DNA of 64,000 bases from a virus. Lineage: Duplodnaviria > Caudoviricetes. This document shows, in pieces, positions 53,692 to 62,925 of the stretch; positions within the stretch are counted from its first letter, which is position 1, and every line of letters begins with the position of its first letter. The stretch covers positions 128,001-192,000 of IMG/VR virus record IMGVR_UViG_3300009185_000001. The stretch is one strand, 5' to 3'. The notes beneath the pieces were generated by a model that was given only the letters and a program-made list of their open reading frames with translations, did no database searches and had not been told where the DNA came from. The position numbers and the translations under genes are program-made.

Positions 53692-53859
53692 ATGAAACTA
53701 AAAGACATTGAAATACCAGATGGGCCAGTACTGGCAATTTTAGGATTTGGCTGCATATATTTTGGTGCTTGTTTGTTGGGCCTGACAATGACAATCGTCA
53801 AAGCAATTGCACTATACTTCTTTAACTATACTATTACAATCGGAGGAATACCACTATGA
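53692..53859 (+). CDS. Small membrane protein
   Basis: ATG 53692; hydrophobic VLAILGFGCIYFGACLLGLTM. Confidence 0.55.
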   Translation: MKLKDIEIPDGPVLAILGFGCIYFGACLLGLTMTIVKAIALYFFNYTITIGGIPL

Positions 53860-54050
53860 AAAGTAATGATATGCTTTTTACCGGATTCGGATTAATTCTA
53901 TTTGGAATCGGACTTCTTCTTATCAGTCCCTTCCTCTTGATATGGTCGGTGAATGGATTGTTTGGATTGACAATTCCTTTCACATGGACAAATTGGTTCT
54001 ATGCCTTCATCATTATTATGTTGCTCCGAGGAAGTATTAGTAGCAAGTGA
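53856..54050 (+). CDS. Small two-TM membrane protein
   Basis: GLILFGIGLLLISPFLLIWSVNGLFGLTIPFTWTNWF. Confidence 0.65.
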   Translation: MKSNDMLFTGFGLILFGIGLLLISPFLLIWSVNGLFGLTIPFTWTNWFYAFIIIMLLRGSISSK

Positions 54051-54052
54051 TT

Positions 54053-54340
54053 ATGAATTACGATAAAGTTGATACTAAAAAGGCAAATGGAACTTCCTTT
54101 CAGGGAAAGATTAAAACAAACTTCTATAGGTTGGAAGAAGTATTCGGAGAACCCTTGTATCCAAATAGCGGAGACGGAAAGGTTATCTGTGAATGGGTAT
54201 TGGAATTTGAAGACGAAACAATTGCAACGATCTATTGTTGGAAAGTTTCATCAATTCCTGTAGAAGAATATGATTGGCACATTGGCGGACATTCACAAAA
54301 AGCAGTTGAATATATTAAAACCTGTTTGAAAGAAAATTAA
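54053..54340 (+). CDS. Conserved phage hypothetical protein
   Basis: GTSFQGKI...LEEVFGEP...DGKVICEW...ATIYCWK...WHIGGH. Confidence 0.6.
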   Translation: MNYDKVDTKKANGTSFQGKIKTNFYRLEEVFGEPLYPNSGDGKVICEWVLEFEDETIATIYCWKVSSIPVEEYDWHIGGHSQKAVEYIKTCLKEN

Positions 54341-54342
54341 TA

Positions 54343-54582
54343 ATGAATACAAAACAATATAGAATCAGTCTGGATAACCAAAAGAACTTCATTCTCAATA
54401 CCTGCCCGATTGATGAACTAACAGAAGGATTCATCAGGGATGTTGTCATTGCATATAGGCTCCGACATATTAACCTGTTGAAGGCTCTGGAACATTTCTC
54501 AAAGAAAGATATAGAACAGGTTCTAGAAGCAATGGCGAATCTTAATCATACTATTGAAGAATTTATCAAAGAAGAAGATTAA
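54343..54582 (+). CDS. Hypothetical protein
   Basis: 79-aa ORF. Confidence 0.5.
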   Translation: MNTKQYRISLDNQKNFILNTCPIDELTEGFIRDVVIAYRLRHINLLKALEHFSKKDIEQVLEAMANLNHTIEEFIKEED

Positions 54583-54610
54583 AGAAGTATAAGTAATTTA
54601 CAATTCAAAT

Positions 54611-55309
54611 ATGAAAACCAAAGATCAAATATTATTAGAAGATTTATATATATCTATATATAACGAAAACAATCAACAGGATGCATTAGCAAAACTTTCT
54701 CCGCACTTACAACAAATTGCTAATGATCTTTTATCATATCTTTCAAAGGGAGCAAGAAAGGCTAGTTTTTATTACCGATCTAAAATAAGCGGAAGAGAAG
54801 GAAAATATTACGTGGATCTTGGAGTTGATTATGGAACTGCAAAAAGAGAAAGCCATGAAACCATAAGAAACTATATCGACATGCTAAAGGAAAGCGATCC
54901 GGAAAATCCGGATATAGCAGTTGGAGAAAAAATTTTAAATCCATCAGAATCCACAAGAAAACCTTCGGTAGATAGAAAAATAAATCTTGGACATGGAATA
55001 TCAATTCAAGATACTGTAAAAGAACCAGAAGTATATCGCCTATATATCTATGCATATGCTCAAAATGACATAGAAAAGGATGAAGAGGGAAAGGCCATAA
55101 AAAACTTTGAAGGCAATTATGTTCGATCTTCTGCGGGAAAGGTAGATGAAGTTATTCCTGCATCAAAACCAAAATCTTTCAGCAGTGCAGAACAACTTAA
55201 TTATAAATTAAAAACAAAACTTTCTAGATTTCGAAGATTCATTCTCGATCCGGAAAACATTTCAGGAATTACATACAAAGGCGGAATAATAGAATTCCAA
55301 AATCAATAA
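54611..55309 (+). CDS. Leader-cassette protein 1 (putative internal head protein)
   Basis: MKTKDQILLEDLY; TATAAGTA at 54588-54595. Confidence 0.7.
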   Translation: MKTKDQILLEDLYISIYNENNQQDALAKLSPHLQQIANDLLSYLSKGARKASFYYRSKISGREGKYYVDLGVDYGTAKRESHETIRNYIDMLKESDPENPDIAVGEKILNPSESTRKPSVDRKINLGHGISIQDTVKEPEVYRLYIYAYAQNDIEKDEEGKAIKNFEGNYVRSSAGKVDEVIPASKPKSFSSAEQLNYKLKTKLSRFRRFILDPENISGITYKGGIIEFQNQ

Positions 55310-55375
55310 TAAAAAGAAATTTTAAATAAAGTTTTTTTTTATATTTTGGCATACCGTGATATAAATATTATTATT

Positions 55376-55720
55376 ATGAAAACAAAAGATACAATACTAT
55401 TAGAGAAAGCCTATAAAAAAGTTTTGAAGGAAGCCGAAGTAGGATCTTATGGAGAACGTATGAATGCACAGGGAACACTTTCTAATGCTAATCCTGCGGA
55501 AGTTTATGCAAAATTTGAAGAACTTACAGATAACTTTTACGCCAGTTTAAAAAAGGTAAAAACCCTTTTAGATAGTGAGGTTTGGAAAAAATTAGCGAAC
55601 AATGGAGGGTTTAATGATATTTTGGATCATGAAGAGGGTGACGATTATGGTTCAGGTTCACATCCATTCGATTTTGACGACTGGGTAAGCCAAGTTGACG
55701 TTAAAGGTTATTATTTCTAA
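55376..55720 (+). CDS. Leader-cassette protein 2 (putative internal head protein)
   Basis: True start ATG 55376, MKTKDTILLEKAY; TATAAATA at 55360-55367. Confidence 0.7.
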   Translation: MKTKDTILLEKAYKKVLKEAEVGSYGERMNAQGTLSNANPAEVYAKFEELTDNFYASLKKVKTLLDSEVWKKLANNGGFNDILDHEEGDDYGSGSHPFDFDDWVSQVDVKGYYF

Positions 55721-55744
55721 GTTGTAAATATTTTATTTTAAATT

Positions 55745-55783
55745 AATACCACACCTTGTAAAAATACAACAGGGTGTGGTATT
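55745..55783. terminator. Hairpin between convergent cassette genes
   Basis: AATACCACACC/GGTGTGGTATT stem. Confidence 0.65.
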
Positions 55784-55790
55784 ATAGCAT

Positions 55791-56543
55791 TTAAATAAAA
55801 GTAAAATATTCTTTAAATTTAATACTACTAATTCCCTCTTCGTATTTGTGTAGAGGTTCTTTCATAAGTTCTTTATCCTCTTGTTCCTCTTTTAATTTAT
55901 AAGTCAAATTCAAAAGTTCTTTGCTACTTTTAATCCTTCCAAATTCTTGCGGAGATATTATTTCAATGTTTGGATTTAATTGCTTTAAGGTTTTAATTAT
56001 ATTAACATACTTCTGACTATTACTCGGCGGGGGCGTACCCCTTCCAATCCATTCTTGATTGGTTGTCTTGGGAACACTGGCAAAGACAACCTCGGCAGTA
56101 TTAAAATCCATAATACCTTCATCATAATGAAGAGATTCATCATATCCATTGAAGTCTTTATCAATGCCATGCAATCTTTCGTCCTTCAATCGCGGACTTG
56201 TTGCAATTCGAGAACCATCTGGAAGTTGCTTGGTATATGCATCAAAGTCATATAATTCTTTTATTTTACCAAATCCAACTATTATTATACTATTGTTTTC
56301 GTCTCTATATACCGAATTGCTTCTTATGGTTGAAACACAGATTTCAGCCTTTTTTCCGATTTGTTTCAAATTAACCAAATCATTTGCATTCTCTTCTGTC
56401 CAATAAAAGGAATGGATGAATATTCCATGATACAGACGATTATATTCCTCTGCCTTTTTTTGGCCTACTTTCATCATGTTTGAATTCGGTTGAATGTTTT
56501 CTTTATAAAGATTTTCTAAAAATACTTGATCTTTTCCGCGCAT
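55791..56543 (-). CDS. Leader-cassette protein 3 (possible ADP-ribosyltransferase-like fold)
   Basis: MRGKDQVFLENLY; TATAAATA at 56557-56550; FIHS...CVST...HYDEG. Confidence 0.65.
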   Translation of the reverse strand: MRGKDQVFLENLYKENIQPNSNMMKVGQKKAEEYNRLYHGIFIHSFYWTEENANDLVNLKQIGKKAEICVSTIRSNSVYRDENNSIIIVGFGKIKELYDFDAYTKQLPDGSRIATSPRLKDERLHGIDKDFNGYDESLHYDEGIMDFNTAEVVFASVPKTTNQEWIGRGTPPPSNSQKYVNIIKTLKQLNPNIEIISPQEFGRIKSSKELLNLTYKLKEEQEDKELMKEPLHKYEEGISSIKFKEYFTFI

Positions 56544-56567
56544 ATGATATATTTATAAAAAAAAGTT

Positions 56568-57443
56568 ATGGAACAATTAGATTTTTTTGTAAAGTTGGAA
56601 GAGAAGAAACCAATTTGTCGTGTTTGTGGTAATGATTTTGAAAAAACTAGAAGATGGCAAAAATATTGTTCTAAAAGTTGTAAACACAGAAAGTTGAGAA
56701 TTAAAAAAAAACTATCTAATTTTGTAAAATTAGAAGAAAATAAACCAATTTGTTCTATTTGTGGGAATAGTTTTGAAAAAACTAAACATAATAAAATATA
56801 CTGTTCTAAAAGTTGTAAACATAGACAGGGGTGGATTAAAAACAAAAAAACAAAATCTATATCTAATAAAAAATATCGTTTAATTAATAAGAAAAAAATA
56901 AAAGAAAGAAGAATAGAAACATCTAAAATATATAGAGAGAAAAATAAAGAAGAAATAAAAAAAAAGCAATTAGAATTTTATAAAAAAAATAAAAAACGTC
57001 TGTGTGAGATTCAAAAAGAATATCGTAAAAATAACAAAAATTCTATATCAGAAACTAAAAAATTATATAGAAAAAATAATAGAACAAAAATAAATCAAAA
57101 TTTAAAGGAAAAATATTGTACTGATTTTTCCTTTAAACTTTCACAAATTTTAAGAAAAAGATTAAGAAACGGATTACGAGCACAAAAAACAACAAAAACA
57201 AATAAAACAGTTGATTTAATAGGATGCTCCTTTGATTTTGTTAAAATTCATTTAGAAAAACAATTCAAAGAAGGAATGACATGGGAGAATCATGGTTTAT
57301 ATGGATGGCACATTGATCATATTATACCTTGTGCATCTTTTGATCTAACAGACCCTGAACAACAAAAGAAATGCTTTCACTACACAAACCTTCAACCCCT
57401 ATGGGCAGCAGAGAATATGTCCAAAGGAGCAAAGATATTATAA
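56568..57443 (+). CDS. Free-standing HNH endonuclease with duplicated zinc-ribbon N-terminus
   Basis: Two CxxCG..F......KxYCSKSC units; MTWENHG..GWHIDHIIPCASFDL...CFHYTNLQPLWAAENMSKG. Confidence 0.85.
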   Translation: MEQLDFFVKLEEKKPICRVCGNDFEKTRRWQKYCSKSCKHRKLRIKKKLSNFVKLEENKPICSICGNSFEKTKHNKIYCSKSCKHRQGWIKNKKTKSISNKKYRLINKKKIKERRIETSKIYREKNKEEIKKKQLEFYKKNKKRLCEIQKEYRKNNKNSISETKKLYRKNNRTKINQNLKEKYCTDFSFKLSQILRKRLRNGLRAQKTTKTNKTVDLIGCSFDFVKIHLEKQFKEGMTWENHGLYGWHIDHIIPCASFDLTDPEQQKKCFHYTNLQPLWAAENMSKGAKIL

Positions 57444-57818
57444 ACCAAATGATCGGTAGTTTGTTTCTATGAAATTAATAAAATTTTGAATATTTGTATT
57501 ATCAAAATCTTTTATATTCTCGACATTTTGTAGCATACTCATCAAATTATTAAGAGTCTGCTTTAATTCATTATTATTATTAAAACTTTCAAATCTTCCA
57601 CTATTAGCCATGTCCTGTAAAATTCTAAAAAAGTGATTAAATAAATCCCCTTCTCTAGAACTCCCTAAGTTTTTTGATTTGATTTCATTTAATATGGGTT
57701 CTAAAACATCCATAAGTTCCATAAACAATCTTTGAAGATCTTGAATACCACTTCCATAAAAATTTTCAAAAACTTTTTCGTAGGCTTGTTCTAATAATAT
57801 AGTATCGTTTGTTTTCAT
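57438..57818 (-). CDS. Leader-cassette protein 4 (putative internal head protein)
   Basis: MKTNDTILLEQAY; TATAAATA at 57834-57827. Confidence 0.7.
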   Translation of the reverse strand: MKTNDTILLEQAYEKVFENFYGSGIQDLQRLFMELMDVLEPILNEIKSKNLGSSREGDLFNHFFRILQDMANSGRFESFNNNNELKQTLNNLMSMLQNVENIKDFDNTNIQNFINFIETNYRSFGL

Positions 57819-58467
57819 ATTTTATATATTTATATTAAAAATAACCAAATTCCTCTTATTCTTTATATTAATCTAAAGGAGCATTCGGTTTATCTTTAAA
57901 ATAAGAAGCCATGCCCTTACTTCTATTTGCCAACATATCAATGTATCTTTCAACATTGTATATTGTTTCCTCATCCTCAATCGGCCCTGTAATAATATCA
58001 TTAGGACGAATATCCAAACCACCCCTATAAGAACCCTCTTCCCCTTCTGAATTATAAATTTTATACTTAATTCCGGTTCTGGTATCAACATCATTAGTAG
58101 CAGGTGCTATTTCCTTCTGACCCATATCCCTTTGCTCATCCTCTACAAATATTTTACCCGCAGATAAGTCTGCAATTTTATATAACCTTGGATTATATCC
58201 ATCTTGTTTAGAATGAATATACCAAGAACCTTCTTTTAAATTTTCATTCTCAATAGCATCATAAAAATTTTGCTTCGGTAAGGAAGATACATTATCTCCC
58301 AATGCTTTTTTCAAAGGAGAACTAAAATCTGCACCCTTAAAGAATTCTTCAGAAGTTGAATTATCTTTCCCAAGAACCTTTTCATAGGCTTGCTCTAATA
58401 GTATTGTATCTTTTGTTCTCATATTTTATATATTTATATTAAAAATAACCAAATTCCTCTTATTCTT
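57816..58467. repeat. 48-nt exact direct repeat (promoter + start codon block), 604 nt apart
   Basis: CATATTTTATATATTTATATTAAAAATAACCAAATTCCTCTTATTCTT at 57816-57863 and 58420-58467. Confidence 0.95.
57868..58422 (-). CDS. Leader-cassette protein 5 (putative internal head protein)
   Basis: MRTKDTILLEQAY; TATAAATA at 58438-58431. Confidence 0.7.
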   Translation of the reverse strand: MRTKDTILLEQAYEKVLGKDNSTSEEFFKGADFSSPLKKALGDNVSSLPKQNFYDAIENENLKEGSWYIHSKQDGYNPRLYKIADLSAGKIFVEDEQRDMGQKEIAPATNDVDTRTGIKYKIYNSEGEEGSYRGGLDIRPNDIITGPIEDEETIYNVERYIDMLANRSKGMASYFKDKPNAPLD

Positions 58468-58498
58468 CATATAAGATATAAGAAGTATTGGGGAAAGC

Positions 58499-58620
58499 TT
58501 TTGAAGATTAAGAAAATTTTTGAAGACTTTTTTATATTAAGAAAACTTTTGAAGATTACGGAGAATTTTGAAGATTAAGAAAACTTTTGAAGATTAGGGA
58601 GAATTTTGAAGACTTTTTTA
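58499..58620. repeat. Six TTTTGAAGA-cored units, about 19-nt period
   Basis: Cores at 58499, 58518, 58547, 58566, 58585 and 58604. Confidence 0.9.
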
Positions 58621-59001
58621 TATTACACTCGGTTTTTTTTAAAAATTTTGCAAAAAAAATTTTACCAGAAATTTTTAAAAATGTCAAGAATAATCTTCAA
58701 AATCTTTAACTCTTTAATATCCAAAATTTTACACAATATTCCCAATACTCCCAAGCCTTCCCAAGTATCCCCCAAGGGGTATAGGGGGTATAAGATTCTT
58801 AATATTATATCAAATAGGGTATAGTGTTTTTATATCAACCTCTGTTTTAATAGAACATGGTGTAGCATTACAGCAGGATTTAAAATGACATTAGGTGTTG
58901 ATGCAGGTTTCTAGCATTTGTAATATTAAGCATATTAGTATAAATTTCCTCTAGGGGGAAAATTACTAATTGATATATAATATTAAGAATACTTCCCAAT
59001 G

Positions 59002-59296
59002 CTTTTTAATATTACCGGAAATTTCTCCTAGGGGGAAAATTGAATATTACTGGAAATTTCTCCTAGGGGATTTTTAATATTACTGGAAATAATATTATGA
59101 AGAATTTTTAATATTACTGGGAATATTATTATGGGAAATTTTTAATATTACTGGGAATAATATTACGAAGAATTTTTAATATTACTGGAAATTTCTCCTA
59201 GGGGGATTTTTAATATTACTGGAAATTTCTTCTAGGGAATTATTGATAATATTAGGAAGGGTATTGGGGGAGGGATGATTGAGTATTACTGGGAAT
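59002..59296. repeat. Phased array of AATATTACYGG(A/G)AAT units, 33-35 nt period
   Basis: Units at 59008, 59043, 59076, 59110, 59144, 59178 and 59212, partial at 59282. Confidence 0.9.
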
Positions 59297-59403
59297 TTTT
59301 GAGGATTTTTGATATTATTTTTATTGGGAAAATTTTTTTTGGTGTGAGTATGATTGTGCATATATTTATGCGTATATGATGGGGGAGGGGAGGGGTAGGC
59401 AGA

Positions 59404-59549
59404 TTTTGCCTATCAAAAGTTTTTGGAGGTGTCGAAAAATAAAAATTTGACACCTCCAAAACTTTGAAATTTTTGATGCGGAAATTTTTGCCTATCAAAA
59501 GTTTTTGGAGGTGTCGAAAAATAAAAATTTGACACCTCCAAAACTTTCC
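59404..59549. repeat. Tandem pair of a palindromic element (GGAGGTGTC...GACACCTCC)
   Basis: Two copies 82 nt apart (cores at 59425 and 59507). Confidence 0.9.
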
Positions 59550-59599
59550 ATGCTGTGGTTGCTCTCCCAAACTTTTTTTCATGTTTCCAAAAATAGTTC

Positions 59600-59628
59600 T
59601 TGCTTTTACCAGAAATAAAAACTATTCT
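59600..59628 (+). promoter_or_regulatory. Early sigma70-type promoter of rIIA
   Basis: TTGCTT-17-TATTCT, spacer TTACCAGAAAT. Confidence 0.7.
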
Positions 59629-59637
59629 ATTTGCCTT

Positions 59638-61605
59638 ATGAAATTGCAAACCGCCACAACAACAATCGAACAAATCGGAAACATATCACAAGAGGCTCAA
59701 TTCACGATGAAGACATCGAGAAAAGCCTTTCAGATTCTTTCTGACTTGTATAGTGATAAACCCCTCGCAATCGTTCGTGAACTTGGAGCAAATGCCAAGG
59801 ACGCAATGGTTGCTGCTGGTAAAGGAGATCAACCATTCCATGTTAAACTTCCCAATGCTCTGGAGCCTTGGATTGTTATTGAAGATATGGGAACTGGTAT
59901 TTCCCATGAAGACATATACAATGTCTATACGAAATACTTTGAATCTACCAAGTCAGAATCAAATGATTTTGTGGGATGCCTCGGCTTGGGCAGCAAAAGC
60001 CCTTTCTGCTACTCGGATAACTTTTTGATCACTTCTACCCACCAAGGAGTCAAACGCATCTACAATGCCTTTTTCAGCCAAACTGGAACTCCTGCCATTT
60101 CTTTGATGTCCACAGAGAATACAGATCAAGGCAATGGATTGGCAATTCAAATTCCTGTTAAGCTCGCAGATGTTGTCACCTTCTGCAATGCGGTTGCAAA
60201 AGCCTTTCGCTTCTTCAAGATCAAGCCTTCTATTAGTGGTGGGACTATTGATTGGAAGATCAACAAGATTATGTTTGAGGGTGAAGGATGGGAAGCTCAC
60301 GAAGGTTTCACCTATGGGGAATGCTATGCAATCATGGGTGGCGTTACCTATCCTGTGGATCGTTACAAACTTTCACATGAGGCTCAAAACTTTTGTGCCA
60401 AGGGTGGAGTTGTCATGTATTTTGAGATCGGAGAATTGGATGTAACTCCTTCCCGCGAATCTCTTTCTTATGACGATGCAACAATCAAATCACTTGAAAG
60501 CAAATTTGCCTTTATCAAGAAAGATTTTGAGGAAAAGCTGACCAATACTATCGAAGGCAAATCAAACCTTCTGGATGCACTTCGTTCACATTGGAATCTT
60601 TCTCACACCTTTGCTCATCTTACTACCAATTTTGACAATGTGAAATGGAGGGGCATTGAGCTTTCAAATCCTGCTCAACTCATTTCAAAAATATCAAAGG
60701 GTGATGTTATGACTCATTCCTTTACAAAGTATTCTCGTTCCAAGTATCGGGAATCGGTTTTTGTTTCGATTGATACAAAAGCCAAGTGGTATGTCGATGA
60801 CCTTGCAAAAGGAACAACAGCAAGGGTTAAACAACACCTTCGCAGCAACAACGACGATATGCTTTGCGTATTCAGCAAAGAAACATTCGATACTCTTGTC
60901 AATCATAAGGATGTAAACTATCGCTTCGATGCTTCGATGTTCATTCCAACTTCTACCCTGCCCAAGGTTGTCAATACTCCCAAGGGTGGAACGAGGACTC
61001 CCAAGGTTGGTTTCAATGTTTATACCTTTGGAACATCTTGGCACTCCCGATGGGATTCTGAAACCTTCAACCCTGCCAATGCTCCCAAATACTATATCGT
61101 AAAAGAGGGAAGCACATGGGATATTTCAATCAAAACAAACTTTGGAAAAATCAGCGGAAAGTCTGACTTGCGTTCTTTGCTTGGATATTTGAATCTCAAG
61201 GAATCTGATATTGTCATGGTATCCCCTCAAAACGAAAAGCATCTTGCCCCATTCTCAAAGAATATCAAAGATGCTGCCAATGATATTAAAATTGACTTGG
61301 ATGAAGATACGATTGCAACCGCACAGCATTATGCTAATGATACTTATCAAGATATTAAAAAGCATCCCACATTCAAGAAACTGAAACAAGATTCTGATTT
61401 TGTGGTGTTTGTGAACAAAGTCTGTGCGGCTCATAATAGTGTGAAGAAATATAAAAACCTTTTGGGAATGTTTACTATGTCAAAGGGAAAGCCAGCAGTC
61501 CTTGATTCCCAATGCCCTATCACAAATCTTGTGTCAAAGCGTATGGGAAGATATGGATGGGAAGCAGAAGACATTCTAACCATCCTCGAAAATTTCCAAA
61601 AATAA
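59638..61605 (+). CDS. rIIA: rIIA protein (GHKL ATPase N-terminal domain)
   Basis: True start ATG 59638. KAFQILSDLYSDKPLAIVRELGANAKDA, EDMGTGIS, STKSESNDFVGCLGLGSKSPF, PSRESLSYD. Confidence 0.9.
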   Translation: MKLQTATTTIEQIGNISQEAQFTMKTSRKAFQILSDLYSDKPLAIVRELGANAKDAMVAAGKGDQPFHVKLPNALEPWIVIEDMGTGISHEDIYNVYTKYFESTKSESNDFVGCLGLGSKSPFCYSDNFLITSTHQGVKRIYNAFFSQTGTPAISLMSTENTDQGNGLAIQIPVKLADVVTFCNAVAKAFRFFKIKPSISGGTIDWKINKIMFEGEGWEAHEGFTYGECYAIMGGVTYPVDRYKLSHEAQNFCAKGGVVMYFEIGELDVTPSRESLSYDDATIKSLESKFAFIKKDFEEKLTNTIEGKSNLLDALRSHWNLSHTFAHLTTNFDNVKWRGIELSNPAQLISKISKGDVMTHSFTKYSRSKYRESVFVSIDTKAKWYVDDLAKGTTARVKQHLRSNNDDMLCVFSKETFDTLVNHKDVNYRFDASMFIPTSTLPKVVNTPKGGTRTPKVGFNVYTFGTSWHSRWDSETFNPANAPKYYIVKEGSTWDISIKTNFGKISGKSDLRSLLGYLNLKESDIVMVSPQNEKHLAPFSKNIKDAANDIKIDLDEDTIATAQHYANDTYQDIKKHPTFKKLKQDSDFVVFVNKVCAAHNSVKKYKNLLGMFTMSKGKPAVLDSQCPITNLVSKRMGRYGWEAEDILTILENFQK

Positions 61606-61608
61606 ATC

Positions 61609-61637
61609 TTGCAATTACCAGAAATAATCTCTACTAT
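61609..61637 (+). promoter_or_regulatory. Early sigma70-type promoter of rIIB
   Basis: TTGCAA-17-TACTAT, spacer TTACCAGAAAT. Confidence 0.7.
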
Positions 61638-61647
61638 TATCAGCCTT

Positions 61648-62694
61648 ATGAACACTACAAACAATGCAGTCACAATCACAGGAACAGGAAAAATCGCAGC
61701 GGTCGTCAATGGCAGACCATACTCGATTGCTTCTGATCATCCAAACTACAATCAAATCATTGGGGCTATCAAATCCCAAGACTGGACTTCGTTCGTAACT
61801 CTTGCCGATGTTACAAGCCAAGTGAAACAATACACGACAACCGATGGAGTTGAGATCGTGGATGGAGCAGTCATCTATAAGGGTGAAGCAATTCACAATA
61901 CTCTCACCAATCGAATCGTGAAGTTCATGGGTGAAGGTCTGCCCTTCCAACCCCTCGTAAGGTTCTTGGAAAATCTGATGAACAATCCAAGCAAGCGAGC
62001 AGTGGATGAACTCTACACATTCTTGGAAGTCGGGGAACTTCCAATCACAGAGGATGGATGCTTTCTGGCATACAAGAATGTTCGTGCGGATTACATGGAC
62101 ATTCATTCGGGAACATTCAGCAACAAGATTGGTGATGTTTGCGAAATGCCTCGCAATCGGGTTTGCGATGATAGCGAACGCACTTGCTCTGCGGGTCTTC
62201 ACTTCTGTTCAATCGCATACCTTCCCCACTTCTCCGATAGTGATGGAGGACATACAATGATTGTGAAGATCAATCCTGCGGATGTTGTTTCAATTCCAAA
62301 GGATTACAACAATACTAAAGGTCGGGCTTGCAAGTATGAAGTCATTGCAGAATACACCGAGGATTGGCGTTCCAAGCTCAACAAAGGTGAAAGCGGATGG
62401 GATGCAGGTCTTTACACTTCTGATGGTGAAGACTATGAGCTTGATGAACTCGATGAGCTTGACGAAAATGAAAACGAAAACGATTGCACCTACTCTCATC
62501 CAGATTGCGATGATTACCATTGCTTCTGCGAGGACAAGGATTATGGTTACAAACCCAATGGTCACAAGTTCCACAATGTTCGTGGAGCCGATGGAAAGTT
62601 TGTAAAGAAAGAAGAAGAAGGTTTAGGTAAGGTGGTTGGTGGATTGGTGAAGGCATTCAGCGATGCTCTCAACAAAGCAGGATATATTCACTAA
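61648..62694 (+). CDS. rIIB: rIIB protein
   Basis: True start ATG 61648. FLENLMNNPSKRAVDELYTFL, ITEDGCFLAYK, CSAGLHFC, VKINPADVVSIPKDYNNTKGRACKYEV. Confidence 0.92.
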   Translation: MNTTNNAVTITGTGKIAAVVNGRPYSIASDHPNYNQIIGAIKSQDWTSFVTLADVTSQVKQYTTTDGVEIVDGAVIYKGEAIHNTLTNRIVKFMGEGLPFQPLVRFLENLMNNPSKRAVDELYTFLEVGELPITEDGCFLAYKNVRADYMDIHSGTFSNKIGDVCEMPRNRVCDDSERTCSAGLHFCSIAYLPHFSDSDGGHTMIVKINPADVVSIPKDYNNTKGRACKYEVIAEYTEDWRSKLNKGESGWDAGLYTSDGEDYELDELDELDENENENDCTYSHPDCDDYHCFCEDKDYGYKPNGHKFHNVRGADGKFVKKEEEGLGKVVGGLVKAFSDALNKAGYIH

Positions 62695-62707
62695 TCGTTT
62701 CATAGGG

Positions 62708-62744
62708 AAAAATCCCCACTCTCAAAAGGAGTGGGGATTTTTTT
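62708..62744 (+). terminator. Intrinsic terminator after rIIB
   Basis: AAAAATCCCCACTC/GAGTGGGGATTTTT followed by a T-run. Confidence 0.85.
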
Positions 62745-62790
62745 GTGCCTTGAAAAGTTTACCATTTCAAAAAACCCTTCCCGTAAAACT

Positions 62791-62838
62791 TTTTTGGAGG
62801 TGTCGAAAAATAAAAATTTGACACCTCCAAAACTTTCC
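62791..62838. repeat. Third copy of the palindromic element
   Basis: Identical to 59502-59549 over 48 nt. Confidence 0.9.
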
Positions 62839-62888
62839 GCACTGGATGAGTGCTGCGGTTGCGTTTTTCAAACCATCGAAAAAAGTTC

Positions 62889-62917
62889 TTGACCTTACCA
62901 GAAATTTCTGAGAGAAT
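62889..62917 (+). promoter_or_regulatory. Early sigma70-type promoter
   Basis: TTGACC-17-GAGAAT, spacer TTACCAGAAAT. Confidence 0.55.
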
Positions 62918-62925
62918 TATTGTCT

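Noticed and set aside
59002-59296. Possible CRISPR array
   Set aside because: Inter-repeat segments are only about 12-13 nt and recur in two types rather than being unique; no cas genes in the window.
59286-59673. ORFs across the palindromic repeats and the extended rIIA start at 59581
   Set aside because: Derived from repeats and promoter sequence; the promoter position supports ATG 59638.
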